A stretch of 64,000 bases of DNA, from assembly GCA_964016885.1 (NCBI GenBank), contig OZ024741.1:100068001-100132000 (forward strand), written 5' to 3'. This document shows, piece after piece, positions 1 through 12,667 of this stretch. The DNA comes from Eledone cirrhosa. Lineage: Eukaryota. Position 1 is the first letter of the stretch, and every line of letters begins with the position of its first letter. Both the position numbers and the translations under genes were made by a program. Under the pieces are notes generated by a model. That model worked only from the letters and a program-made list of their open reading frames with translations. It did no database searches and was not told the DNA's origin.

Positions 1-1668
1 ATTTAGATCAGTCGAAAGCCTTCGATAGGGTCGACCATCGTTACCTAGCGGCAGTCCTGAGGGCGGCTGGCTTTGGGCCCGTCTTCAGAGGCTGGATTGC
101 TGCCATGCACAGCGACATCTGCTCTGTAGTGAGAGTGAACGGTCACCTTTCGGAACCGTTCAACATCATGCGCTCGGTCCGCCAAGGATGTCCCCTCTCG
201 TCCCTATTGTACGTATTGACTTTCGAGCCATTACTGCACAAACTGGAGACGTTGAGGGGGGGTCCCGCGCGAACTAGGATGCGGAAGATCCGTGTCAGCA
301 TATGCCGACGATTTCACCGTAGTGGTGTCGAACGCCAAACACATCGAGGCGATCGGCACTACACTAAGAGAATACGAAGCGGTGACAGGAGCAATGATCA
401 ACCAGGAAAAGTCAGTGGGCCTGCAGCTCGGCACCTGGAGAGGCAGGTCCATGCCGTCCAACAGCGTCGTCGGGCGCTGGACGGACGGACCGGTTAAATT
501 GCTAGGGGTCTGGTTCGGTCCAGACCTCCAGACGGACAAAAACTAGGACGAGGTGACGAGCAGGGTGGCTTCTCTCACCCAGAAATGGGCCGAGAGAAAG
601 CTATCCCTGAAAGGTCGAGCGGAGGTGGCGAATGCGTACATCGCATCCGTCATCTACTACCGCCTGACCGTCGTACCTTGTCCTAAGCCCCGCCTGACTG
701 CGCTGGAGCGTTTGCTCTTTCGCTTCTTGTGGAAGGGACGCGCTCCGATGGTCAGGCGGTCCATCTGCTGTCAACACCCGCTACGTGGAGGGCTGGGCAT
801 GCCGTGGCTGATGATGCGCAGACACGCGCTCAGGCTACGACATCTCCACCTCTTCCTCGACGGTGATCAGGTGTGGTCGCCGTTTGCAAGACACGTTTTT
901 CCCCAGCTCGTCTCCTTGACGGAGCTGCAGTCCTGGGTCAAGCGAAGACCGAGAGGGAGCGCTTGGAGACTGGAATGTCTTCAGGCGCTCACAGCCCTCG
1001 ACCAATCGGGCAATGTGATCGGTGGAAACTCCACCTTGGCGTTCTATAGGGGATTAGTGGAGGGGAAGAGCGACGACGTACTTGGAGAAACTCTAGGCGT
1101 CGACGAAAATCAACTAGCCAATCTCTTCGGAAGGACTTTCGGGCCGGGGCCTATGGACAACTTCCAGAAATCCCTGGCCTGGCAGTGCTACCGAGGAGCT
1201 TTGCCAGTTCGGGATAAACTCTACAGGCATGGAGGTGCCGTCAGCCGGGCATGTCCGAGATGCGCGCAGGGCGACGAAACCGTCCTGCACGCACTCGTCC
1301 AGTGTTTGAGCATTGCTGACTTGTGGGTTTATGTCGAACACCTGCTGTCACGTGTAGGACGGATCCAGCTATCAGCTGAGTCCATCGTGAGGATTGCCCC
1401 GCCCCCTTCCTTTAGCCTGGAAGGGCAGGCAGTTTTTATCTGTCTGGTGGCCATGGCGAAAGAGATAGTATGGTGGACACGTTTGAAAGGGCTGAAGACG
1501 AGCACTTACCTCTTCGGTGATGCCCTGATTAACTTTTTCAAATTTCATTTGAAAAGGAAAATCAGGGTAGAGAGGGAAGTGCTCTCTTCCCAGCATTTTG
1601 TTGAAAGATGGGTGAGAGAAGCAAGTATGGCCCGAATGAATGGGCCTTCTCTGAGTATGTGTCTGTAA
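1..1668 (+). pseudogene. Disrupted ORF2 (reverse transcriptase) of Tx1 copy A
   Basis: Frameshift near 260 (ORFs 105..497 and 292..546), in-frame TAG at 544-546, continuation in ORF 553..1668. Confidence 0.88.
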
Positions 1669-1928
1669 ATTAAAGGTGGAAAACTGGGAGAGGGCACTTG
1701 CCCTGGTTGTCAGGGCCACTGTGGTCTTTTAATGGGCTTTCTCCACAAATGTCCCTTGGAAGTCTCCCCCCTATTCGGGAATTTTTCTTTGTTATTTTAT
1801 TTCAACCTCTGTTTTTTTACACGCAGAAATGCCCATTTGTACCGTCCTGTATTGTCCTGTACTGTCCTTAATGTCTACTTTATGTGAACCCTTGTGGTTA
1901 ATAAAGAAAACATTATTATTATTATTAC
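1..1928 (+). mobile_element. Tx1-clade non-LTR retrotransposon, copy A (3' part: RT C-terminus, C-terminal Cys/His motif, 3' UTR, (TTA)n tail)
   Basis: ORF2 motifs DQSKAFD (nt 7-27), SVRQGCPLS, AYADD, LSLKGRA, GGLGMP and CPRC..ETVLHALVQC; AATAAA near 1900 followed by GAAAACATTATTATT. Runs off the left edge of the window. Confidence 0.92.
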
Positions 1929-2110
1929 AGTTGCATTTATCTTGCTTTATGTTCATACGAGTTATAACCAAGTCACAACCAGTGACCTCAAGAGACAACA
2001 AGGTCCGCCATGTTCAGGAAAGAACATACATATTCACCCATGCATCTTTAGTGTTTAGACTTGTGATGTACTTATATTGACAGAATCTTCCTTAGTATAT
2101 GGGCAGTTCC

Positions 2111-2144
<34 letters not shown>

Positions 2145-2357
2145 GGCGACCTACGTAGAAAATCGTATTATCGTGAGCTCCGCAAAGGTGTGTTGTTTTC
2201 AGTTGATTAAATTTGCCTTTATGGAAAATATTTATTGTTAACTGTATATAAGTGCACATACATTGTTTTCTGAAAAGGACACTCAAAAAGATTAGGGCCT
2301 TGAGCCCAAAATTTAAACTTTTATAATTATCAAACAAAAATTTCTTTGAAAAAATCA

Positions 2358-3685
2358 TGGACGACTCACACCTTCCTCACAAAATAACACCTCACACCGA
2401 CACCACCATTGTAAATATTACTACGTTTGCAAACACTAAAAATATAAGCAGTAGCAATAATTGAAATTTGTCTCATACAGACATTCATTTCCCGCCATTA
2501 CCAATGACTGCAGGGGTTGAAGCCGCCACCCCCACCACCACCACAGCGACAACAGAAACAAAAGAAAAAAATAAATTATCTCGTGACATCGAAATGGTTT
2601 CACCCAGAATGGAATCTTCCACACCGAACACCACTGACGTCACCACCCCTACAACCGAAACAAAAAAATAACAATAACAAAAATAACGATAACAACAACA
2701 GCAACAACAATGAGAATAAGAAAACTACCCTGTCTTTTGCCAGAGTAGCAAAAAGGTGCGAAGCAATCCAAGTAACTCAGGAGGAATTAGATGAAGTCAA
2801 GAGAATGGTAAAGAAAGATGGGTACATGGTCAGCCTCACCCCACCCCCACCCCACACCCACACACACGTAATAAAATGGAGCATCGGCGCCTATGCACCG
2901 TGTCTTATCGGTCGATAAGCATAAAATCGCGCCGAGTGCAACGGGCATCCGAGTCCTAAATCCAAAAAGCTTTGGGACATGTGTGGGCAAAAATAGCCCA
3001 CATCAGATGTGGCCAGAAATATGGAATCGTGGACGTCTACTTTCGAACACCACAGGAGGCCAGAAAACACTCCATGGCCCCATTAAGAAGTGACGACTTT
3101 ACACTCGTCCCAAGCCATTGTGGCCAGAGACTCGTAAAGATCAGGGTGACCCACGTTCCACCGGCCATCGAAATTCCCTGGCTAATGGCTGCCGTCCTAG
3201 CCGGCATCGAGGCCAACACCAACATAATCGAAATAGCGAAAGAAAAGCAGGAGAACTGGTCCGGGTCTGGGATGGAGCTCCTAATCCAAGCAGACGAAAA
3301 AAGCATTGAGGAGATCCCAGAGGTAATAGACCTCACTGACGGCAGCCACCTCACCGTAATCGTCGAGGGCAGAAGGCCTAGGTGTGTCGTTTGTGGTGAA
3401 GGAACCCACCTAAGGGCTTTCTGCCCTCAGGCTAAAAGGTTGAGGCCACCTCTCTTACCCACCCCAGTGACTCAACCATCAACACCACCAGCAGCAGAAA
3501 TGGCAGCAACAACTGTAGCAGCAACAACAGAAGCAACTGTAACAGAAACAACCCCAGCAACAGTAGCAAAATCAACACAACCACCACCCAACGCGCCAGA
3601 ACTAGCACCAGCGCCTACATCATCCACCACGCCACAACCAAAACCAACGCCTGTGGAGGATTTTCCACTCCCCGACCTATCGTAA
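2358..3685 (+). pseudogene. ORF1 (gag-like nucleic-acid-binding protein) of Tx1 copy B, disrupted
   Basis: ORF 2972..3685 has a CX2CX4HX4C zinc knuckle (CVVCGEGTHLRAFC) followed by a Pro/Thr-rich tail; upstream pieces 2358-2918 are broken by stops and frameshifts. Confidence 0.75.
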
Positions 3686-4330
3686 CCGTAGACAGATTAT
3701 GACGACGAGGAGTGTGAAACGGTATCAAGAAAATAGAAAATAAGAAAAAGAAACCAAAATAGAAAAAAAATTCTCTTCCTTCCCCTTCCAAAAAAAAAAA
3801 ATACAGAGGGAAACAAATAAACTATCAAACAAAAGAGTTAGGACAGCTATTCCACCATCCACACCAGCATCACAAACCCCATCACCGCATACACCAACAC
3901 CATCACCATCATTAACCCCAACTCCACCATCACCAACACCACAAAAGTCACCAAAAAGTGAAACAGAAACAAACCCACAACAAACGCAAACAAAACAAAA
4001 CAACCAAAACGATACACACTACACAGCATTAAATTTGAACAACAACCAATTATTACACTACATCCAACACAACACCAGCATCACAGAAAAAGGCTACACA
4101 ACAACCCAAAAGTTCACACCAAATCACTCGCATCACACAGAAAACGTATACGACACTAAAACCAAAATTCACCAAAGACATCGGAGGCTTCCGACAAGCA
4201 CTCTCCAGGTGGATTTAAAAGGACATCCTTCCGGAGGAGGCCACAAGCGGTGAAAAGGATGGTGAAATCATCCTTCCTCTACGAGAAGTAAGGTAAGTGG
4301 TCTTTCCCATCTTTTCCACTCCATTTCTAC

Positions 4331-6471
4331 ATGACCTCACTCAGAATAGGCAGCATAAATGCCCGTGGCTTGGGGTCGTCATGGAAGCAAGGCCACCTGC
4401 TCAACGACCTCAGGTCACTAAACATAGATGTAGTGGCCATCAGCGAGACAAGAATCTCCGAAGCACGGGCCTTCGCACCGATCTTCGGCGGCTACGATGT
4501 GTACGCAACTCCCAGCCGTCCTGGATCGGGAGGAGGAGTTGCTGTGCTTTTTCGGAGAGGTTTGGATCTCACCATGCGGGCCATCTTCCTTGACTCAGAA
4601 GGTAAGTTGGTGGTGCTGGACGTGACCAGCAGAGACGGGCAAGCTTTCAGGCTAGTGACCGTCTATGCCACGACAGGAGCAGGGCGGCCTGCTTTCTACC
4701 GGCGTCTGGAGATCTTTCTTGGAACGTCTCCCACTTTAGTGTTAGTGGGCGACTGGAACGCGATCTTAGATGCACGCTTGGACTGTGTAGGATTAGCGGA
4801 TAGGGGAGGAGGGCGCAAGAGCCTCACCAACCCGCTCAGGCGTTTTGAACTGTCTGACAGGTACCGATTGGATTTCCCGAATGTGCCAATGTGGACTTGG
4901 ACAAATCGCATAGGATCATCCAGATCATATCTAGATAGAATATTTTGTAGGGAAATAGATAGGTCTAGCATAGGCTGTTCACAATTCAAGATAGTCAGCT
5001 ACACGGACCACAAATTCGTGATCTGTGTGCTTGACTTAGATAGGCTTCATAGACGAGGACCCGGCTACTGGAAGCTAAACGCGTCCTTACCAGCGCGCAA
5101 GACCTACAGAGACCGGATTAGCCAACTAGTTAAGCGGGCGTTGACGGGGGCCATCGTCAACAATAAGTCGTGGTTTGCTCTGAAAATAGCGACTAGAATA
5201 GATTCCATTAGGTTTAGTAAGGTTTTAGCAATAGAGAAAAATAGAGCAGAGGGAGAACTAGTTAGAAAATTAGACGAGGAGCTTATAAAAGGCATCGCGA
5301 CCGACGTACTTGCGTCGAAATTGGCCCTTGACCAATTCTTCAATGCAAAGCACGAAGGCTGCGTTGTCAGAGCTAGGTTGCGGGCTCTCAGACACGAGGG
5401 GACGAAAGCCGTTCTTTGGGCCTGGGTGGCGGAGGCGCGACGTGACAACAAAGCCAAGGTCCGGTCTTTGGTGGACCACGACGGGCGCATGCTTTTCGAT
5501 CCCGGTCAAATGTGTGAAGTTTTTCAGCGACACTTCGCTCAGCTGTTCGGGGGCAGCGGCGGATCGAGTCGAGGGATGGACTTTAGTGTCTACCTCGACG
5601 GACAGCCACTGAGGCGGAGTGTTTCGAAAAGCCCATAACAGCCGCTGAAGTACGGGAGGCAATGACTGGCTGCACAAGGGGTAAATCGCCTGGTTTGGAT
5701 GGTCTGCCCTATGAACTTTACGTACAAATGCCAGACTTGTTCGGAGGCCTCTTGGCGGACGTCTACTGCAACTGGCAACAGAACGGGAGAATTCCCAGCT
5801 CTGTGAGCCGAGGAGCGGTGGCGCTGCTGAGAAAGGATCCGAACAAGGGGGATAACATAGATAATTTTAGGCCCATAACTCTGCTAAACACAGAGTTCAA
5901 GATTTTGGCCAAGGTGCTAGCAAAGAGGTTGGCGCTTGTCGTTGGTGGTCCGGTGGGAGACGCGCAGACATGCGCCATTCCCGACAGATCTATCCACGAC
6001 AACCTCCACCTCATGCGATACATCGTAGAGAGGGTAGCTAGGGTACCTGGCACGGGTGGGTCCTTGATCAATTTAGATCAGTCGAAAGCTTTCGATGGGA
6101 TCGACCTAGCGGCAGTCCTGATGGCGGCAGGCTTTGGGCCCGTCTTCAGAGGCTGGATCGCTGCCATAGACAGCGACATCTGCTCTGTGGTGAGAGTGAA
6201 CGGTCACCTTTCGGAACCGTTCAACATCATGCGCTCAGTCTGCCAAGGATGTCCCCTCTCGTCTCTCTTGCACGTATTGACTCTCGAGCCATTTCTGCAC
6301 AAACTGGAAAATGTGAAGGGGATCCCGCGCGAACTAGGATGCGGAAGATCTGTGTCAGCATATGCGGACGATGTCAGCGTAATGGTGTCGAACGCCAAAC
6401 ACATCGAGGCTATCGGCACTACACTATTAGAATACGAAGCGGTGACAGGAGCAATGATCAACCAGGAATAG
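4331..6471 (+). pseudogene. ORF2 of Tx1 copy B: APE-type endonuclease + reverse transcriptase, frameshifted
   Basis: 4331..5638: SINARGL, ISET, GGGVAVL, VGDWN, SYLDRIF, YTDH, GPGYWKLN (APE). 5662..6471: KSPGLDG, FRPITLLN, DQSKAFD, QGCPLS, AYADD (RT). Frameshift near 5610; stop at 6469-6471. Confidence 0.92.
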
Positions 6472-6489
6472 TCAGTAGCCCTGCAGCTC

Positions 6490-8350
6490 GGATCAATCTA
6501 AAGCACTTGTTAGGGTCGGTATCTGGCTGCGGTCCTCGAAATGGCCGGCTTCGAGCCTGTTTTTAGGGGCTAGATCACTGCGATGCACAGCGACATCTGC
6601 TCGATTGTGATGGTGAATGGTCACCAGTGCAGCCTTTCAGCATCATGCGCTCGATCCGCCACGGTTTCCCCCTCTCGTCCCTCTTGTACGTACTGGCCCT
6701 CGAGCCGTTACTGCACAATTGGAGACAATGAGGCGGGGTCCCACGCGAACTGGGATGCGGGAGATCTGTGTCAACTTACGCCAACGACACACCGTGGTGG
6801 TGTCGAACACCAAACACGTCTAGATGCTTGGCACCGTTCTCAGGAACACTAAGCGGTGACAGGAGCAAACATAAACCTTGAAAGTCGGTGGACAACTCGG
6901 CACCTGGAGAGGAAAGTCCATGCCGTCCGACAGCATCGTGGGGCGCTGGACGGAAGGACCGTCTAAATTGCTCGGGATCTGGTTCGGTCCGGACCTCCAG
7001 ATGCAGAAAAACTCGAGCGAAGTGACCTCTCTCACTCAGAAATGGGCCGAGCGGAAGCTGATTTCGGTGGCACAATACATCCGTAATCTGCTACCGCCTG
7101 ACCGTCGTACCTTACCCCGCTCAACTCTGACCAAGATGGGGCACCTTCTCTTCCGCTTTTTGTGGAAGGGACGTGCTCCCATGGTCAGACGATATTTGCC
7201 AGTTGCGTGGAGGACTTGGCATGCCGTGGCTAACGATGCGCAAACATGCGCTGAGGCTGCGATATCTCTGGTGCTTCCTTGACGGTAGAACAGGCGTGGT
7301 CGCCATTTGCCAGACGCGCTTTTCCCCAGCTCGTCTCCTTGAGGGAGCTGCAGTCATGGATCAGGAAAGGACCCAGGGATAGCGCTTGGAAGCTGGAATG
7401 TCTCCAAGCGCCCACCGCCCTCTACCATGTGGGCACTTGTATCGGTGGAACATCCACCTCGGCGTTCTATAGAGGGCTAGTGGATGGAAAGAGTGACGAC
7501 GTTCTCGGGGAGACCCTGGGCGTCGAAGACGGTCAGCTGTTCGCTCTCTTCAAGAGAACGTTCAGACCGGGGCCTAGGGACAACTTCTAGAAATCCCTGG
7601 CCTGGCATTGCTACCGGGGAGTGTTGACGGTTCGGGATAAGCTCTAAAGGCACGGAGGTGCTGTCAGCCGAGCCTGGCCGAGATGCGCACAGGGCGACGA
7701 AACCGTCCTGCATGCATTCGTTCCTTGCCCGTGGATTGCTGACTTGTGGAGTTATGTCGATCAGGTGCTGTCGCGTGTAGGACGGATCTGGTTATCGACT
7801 GAGTCCATTGTGAAAAAAAACCCACCATCCTCCTTTAAAGAGGAGGTGGCCATGGCGAAAGAGATTGTGTGGTGGACAAGGTTGAAAGGGTTGAAGGCGG
7901 ACACGTTCCTCTCCGGCCAATCCCTGATTAACTTTTTCAAGTTTCACTTGAAGAGGAAAATCAGGGTGGAGAGGCAAGTGCTGTCTTCTAGTAAGTTTGT
8001 TGAAAGATGGGTGAAAGTGGCGAGACTGGTCCGAGTGAACGGGCCCGCTCTGAGTATGCGCCTGTAGACTGAGCAGTGGGAAAACAGTGAGCGCGCTTGC
8101 CCTGGTGGTCAGGGTGGCCGTTGTCTTTTGCGTGGTTTTCGCCACGAGTGAACCTCGGAGTTTTCCCCCTTTTTGGGGAATTTTTGTTGTTTGAATTTTT
8201 TTTATTTCTATCCCGATTACTATCTTGTTATAACCTGTTTACACGACCAAAACCCAATTTGTATCGTACTGTACTGTTCTTTGCCGTCTCTAATGTTTTT
8301 CTTCATGTTAGCTCTTGTGGACAATAAAGAAACCATTATTATTATTATTA
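6490..8350 (+). mobile_element. Tx1-clade LINE copy C, 5'-truncated and more decayed, with 3' UTR and (TTA)n tail
   Basis: Colinear with copy A from the DQSKAF motif to the end of ORF2 (fragments 6878..7282, 7279..7590, 7744..8067); ends AATAAAGAAACCATTATTATTATTA. Confidence 0.9.
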
Positions 8351-9610
8351 ATAGCTATTGTTTTGTGCAGAGATGTTTTTGTGGCTCATGTACTCCTCTT
8401 GTTTTCACATTTTTAAATCGTTATTTTGTTAAAATTTCCTGTTACAAAGAGACAGAAACATCAGACTTTGTCCTCAACACATGATACCTCATAATCACTG
8501 GTACTTTGCCCCAAATATATGAACTTTACAATTTGAATTTATTCCCGCAATTTTTTAAAATGAAGATGCCACATCTCCATCCCGCCAGATTAGCTATAAA
8601 ATCCAGTCACATAACAGAAACTCGAACTATACCGCCATTCTCAGCACTGTCACTAATAGCTCTATAGACACCACCAAAAATGCTATCGGCACCAATAGCA
8701 AAAACAATAACGGCTATAGGGAAAACGGCAGCAGATACAAGGGCAACGACAACAAAACAGCAGCCGCGACAACGACAAAAACAACGATGACGATGACAGC
8801 AATAACAACAACAGCAATAACAATGGTGCCAATTACAACAGCAACAATAAAGACAGAAGTACATTCGCAGCAACAACTGCGAACATTATCGAACTGCTCC
8901 ATATGGTCTTGACCAGCAGAGAGGAAAATTTGGCTCAGGCAACCAAACTTGTTTTAGTGGAGGAAACCTGGGCAAACTGAGGTGTTCCGCCTGAAGTGTT
9001 AGCAGCGACTGAAATAAATACCCTAAGGTACAGATATATCGGTATCATGTCCAAAAACCAGAGCTGGGTCCACAATCCCTCGTAAATGCCATTAAGTTAA
9101 ATCGAGGGTCTATGATTTTGCAAAAACGCCCAAAAATATTGTAAATGAAAGCATGGCTCAACGGCAACAGTACCTGATAGGAAGACTGTTGCTGCTTCAA
9201 TTGGTGTTGCGACTGTTCCCACAGCAATAATATGTGCAGCTTTGAGTATAGCCAAATTAGAATTTGGAAAGCTCTGATAAAATAATTTCCGCTCCATCGT
9301 CTCTCAGCGATAGAGATTTGTGGATAATGTGTCAAATCACGTTTGCAAAGGGATATATAATGAGAAACAGATTATAAGCATTTATAATTGTTCGTCACAA
9401 GTATGAAAATACAATCTTGACAGGTGCAATATGTCCGAACACGGAAGAGCCAAACTCCCACCGTCATCTCCCCTATCTCTTTCGCCCTCTCCATCTCTCT
9501 GTATAGTGAGAAAATGGGGTACCACGTGCTGGCCGCCCCACAGTCCCGGCGGACAGAATGGAGAAGGCGTTTCCCCGGAGGATAGTAAAGGAGATGCGCT
9601 GGAATAGCCA
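8351..9610 (+). mobile_element. Probable 5' UTR + decayed ORF1 of a fourth, older Tx1-like copy (D)
   Basis: 8351-8570 shares ordered words with the copy B 5' UTR (gtggctc/gtgagctc, tgttttca, ttgccccaaatatatgaacttt vs ttgagcccaaaatttaaacttt, A-run before ATG); Thr/Asn-rich start; remnant knuckle DRCNMSEH near 9420. Confidence 0.55.
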
Positions 9611-10799
9611 TTTTATTGGGAAAGAAGAGATGAAAGAAAATATAATCAAGAAGAAAATAACACATGGGATAAAGGAAAAATATCAAGTACTTGCAAAATA
9701 CTGTTGGTGAAAACCGCGAAATCAATCGATGTGCAGCTGCTTAGTTTCTCGCAAGGAGATTTGGTAGGTTCTTAAAATCTGCTAAGTATACTTACGTCTG
9801 AGAATAATAGATTAAAGTTTGAATGGAAGATGAACAGAAATGGACAGAGTCCGATCTATCTGGCGGTAACTCAATTTGAAGCGTGTGGGTTTTACTTGGG
9901 TATTATACTAAATCCTATGCTTATTCCAAAATATTGAATTAATTGTTCTCCGTTTATTTTGTATGTACATTCGATGTATGGTAAGTTTTGTATTATTTGA
10001 TGGACAGTTTTGGTCAATGGCGAAATTACAATAAAAATTGTTATTATTATATAAATGACTGAGTTAGTGAATGAAAATCGGAATTATCCAGAAAACAGAG
10101 TTTCGGTCAAGAACAGAGTAGGTAATTATAAACGTATAAAATAGTGTTGTATCGACTTGGAGCCTCAGTAAAGACATTTTAAATATTTAGTTGTTGATAC
10201 CGAAGATAATGAGAGATCGCCGGGGAGCAATATGTGGCGATCTAGTATGAACTAATTTGTAAATTCTAACTCGTGTGAATTTAAATGATTTTGATGTTTT
10301 TATTTTGAAATATCTTATTTTAATTATTGTATTTGTAATATTATATGTATTCTCTTTCTATCAATTTTTCATACGGTCGTTTCATAATCTCTCGTTTTTA
10401 TAGTTGTTTCCTGTTCAGATCTATATATTATTGTAATAACCATGTTTTAAAGTTTAGTGTGTGCAAGCATGGGCCTTGCGTATTAGTTCAATACCTAAGA
10501 ACAAAGAGAAAATTTACTCCGGTAAATGTTTTACAGTATTTATCCCGACTCTTTTCGATCTTAGTTTTATCACCCCGGTTGGATGGAATGAAACACCAGT
10601 CGATTAATCCTCTATACATTTCAACCCAATTCTTTCACTTTATCTATCTTTGTTAAACAATATCATTATACAGGAAAAAGGAGAGTCCCTCCAGATATAT
10701 CTTATAATTTTAGTTTTATCCTTTCTGTTATGGGTTTAAATCTTTACAGTTTCCGATGTAAATGGATTATTGATAAAATAAATCATGTTGTAATCAGAG

Positions 10800-10950
10800 A
10801 AATAGCAGAATTATTAGAACATCGGATAGAGGTATTTGCGGTATTTGTTTCGGCTCTCTGATCTCTGAGTTCAAATCCAGCCACGGTCAACTATGGATTT
10901 TATCAATTCAAGGTCGATGAAAAAAGTACTAATCTAGTACTGAGGTTGAT
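10800..10950 (+). mobile_element. Decayed tRNA-derived SINE (same family as the 52.4-53.1 kb array)
   Basis: tagcagaattatta...ctgagttcaaatccagcc...ggtcgatgaaaaaagtact matches the family consensus. Confidence 0.7.
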
Positions 10951-11097
10951 TCTTCCTGCATATTTCTTCTCTAGATTCCTTTCTCCCACTCTCTGTCTTT
11001 ATGACGAAGAAATCTGCTGTGGACAGTCTTGGTGAGTAGATGGGCGCCGCCAGTATTAGAAATGCCAGCGAATCACCATACGTCAATATGACGCCCA

Positions 11098-11098
11098 T

Positions 11099-11148
<50 letters not shown>

Positions 11149-11225
11149 TCTACTACTACGACGACGACGACGACACGACGACGACAACTACTACTGCTGC
11201 TCTGCTACTCCTGCTGCTGGTGCAA
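11098..11225. repeat. Compound trinucleotide microsatellite (CTA)n(CTG)n(CGA)n
   Basis: Directly visible. Confidence 0.95.
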
Positions 11226-12610
11226 CAATAAAAACAACTACTACTAGAAACGGAGGTAAAACATTATTTAGAAGGAGAGATTTTAAAGGATAACACAAAG
11301 TAGGAGAGAGTTGGTTGAAATGTGTGAGAGAATATATCGTACATTGATAAATTAGGTGTGAGCTGAGATGGATAGAATGAGTTGAAAGATTATTGAAGGA
11401 GACGAGAAACCGAGAGGAGGGTTGTAGGCAATATTTGAAGAAGAAAATGTCGAAAAAGTAGTGAGAAGGCATGAGAGACGAAAGAAAAGGAATATTAAAA
11501 AGAACCATAAGACGTGGGGGTAAGATTAAGTGAAAGGAGGGGGCTGATAAAGTAAACAAAGCGTGGATACTAAATAACAAGAAAAACGGAGTGGGGGTAT
11601 AAAAGTTGGCAAACCAAATGAACAATTGAACAGGGGAAAGGGAAGAGCGGAAGTAAAGAATGAGGTGGTAGGAAGGTAGAGAAGGGGATGCAGCTATTGT
11701 TGAATAGCTTTCTAGAATATGATGGTAGTTGAGGAAGGGGAAGCAAATAAGTGGTAATGGTCGTTATAGTACAACTGAACACTGGGAGGTAAATGAGTAA
11801 AAGTGACGTAGTGTGAGTGAGTTTGATTGTGTTTGTATTAATGGAGTAGTGATTGTGTGGTAGTGGGTTATTGTCACTCGTGGTGGGGATAGTAGTGATA
11901 TTGCCGATAGCGTTCATCGACCCGCTGTATGTGGAAGTTGTTTAATGATAGTGGGGACAGTATTGTTAATATGGTTGCTGTATAGTCCCAGGACAGTTCT
12001 GAACTTGCAGGCCTATGGTCAAAAGTATTCCAAGTGTAACAATCTTTTTTTTCCAACGGGCAGGGGATCTAAAAACACATTATATATAGATATTGTTGTA
12101 AATGTGAGGAAAGTGATGATAGTATTGGCGATTATGTTGGTGGAAAGGTAATGATGCTACGGCTAATTGTGTTGAATATGTTATTCTCGTGGTGAGGTTG
12201 TGTCAGTGATGATAGTGGTCTTTGTGGTGATAGTCGTGGATGATGGGAGTAGCATTGGAGGTGGAGGTATTTGTGAGGTGATAGTCGTATTCGTGATAGT
12301 AGCTGTAAGAAGTATGTTGATAAATTGCAGCGGCATATTTGTCGCGATGGTGGTAAAGATATGAAGCCTTGATGTATAGAGTTTTACTGATGGATCTGAA
12401 TGAAAAGGCGGCAAATTAGCAGAATGATTCCAAATATGGTAGCGTTTTACATATTTATCGATGATATAATAATTATGATGAGTTTAATAAAAAGCTAAAT
12501 CACATTAAGAGAATCGTATACTTTATTACTCATAAAATTACATTCAAAGGCCCTAATAGGCATGAATCGTTTCATACTATCGTATACATACATATATGTG
12601 TATATATATA

Positions 12611-12660
<50 letters not shown>

Positions 12661-12667
<7 letters not shown>

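Larger units (their letters stand above)
2144..6490 (+). mobile_element. Tx1-clade LINE copy B (5' UTR, ORF1, ORF2 APE endonuclease + RT; 3' part replaced by copy C)
   Basis: Starts right after a (TTA)n tract at 2111-2143; ORF1 and ORF2 as listed below; about 6070-6490 is closely similar to nt 1-430 of copy A. Confidence 0.9.
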
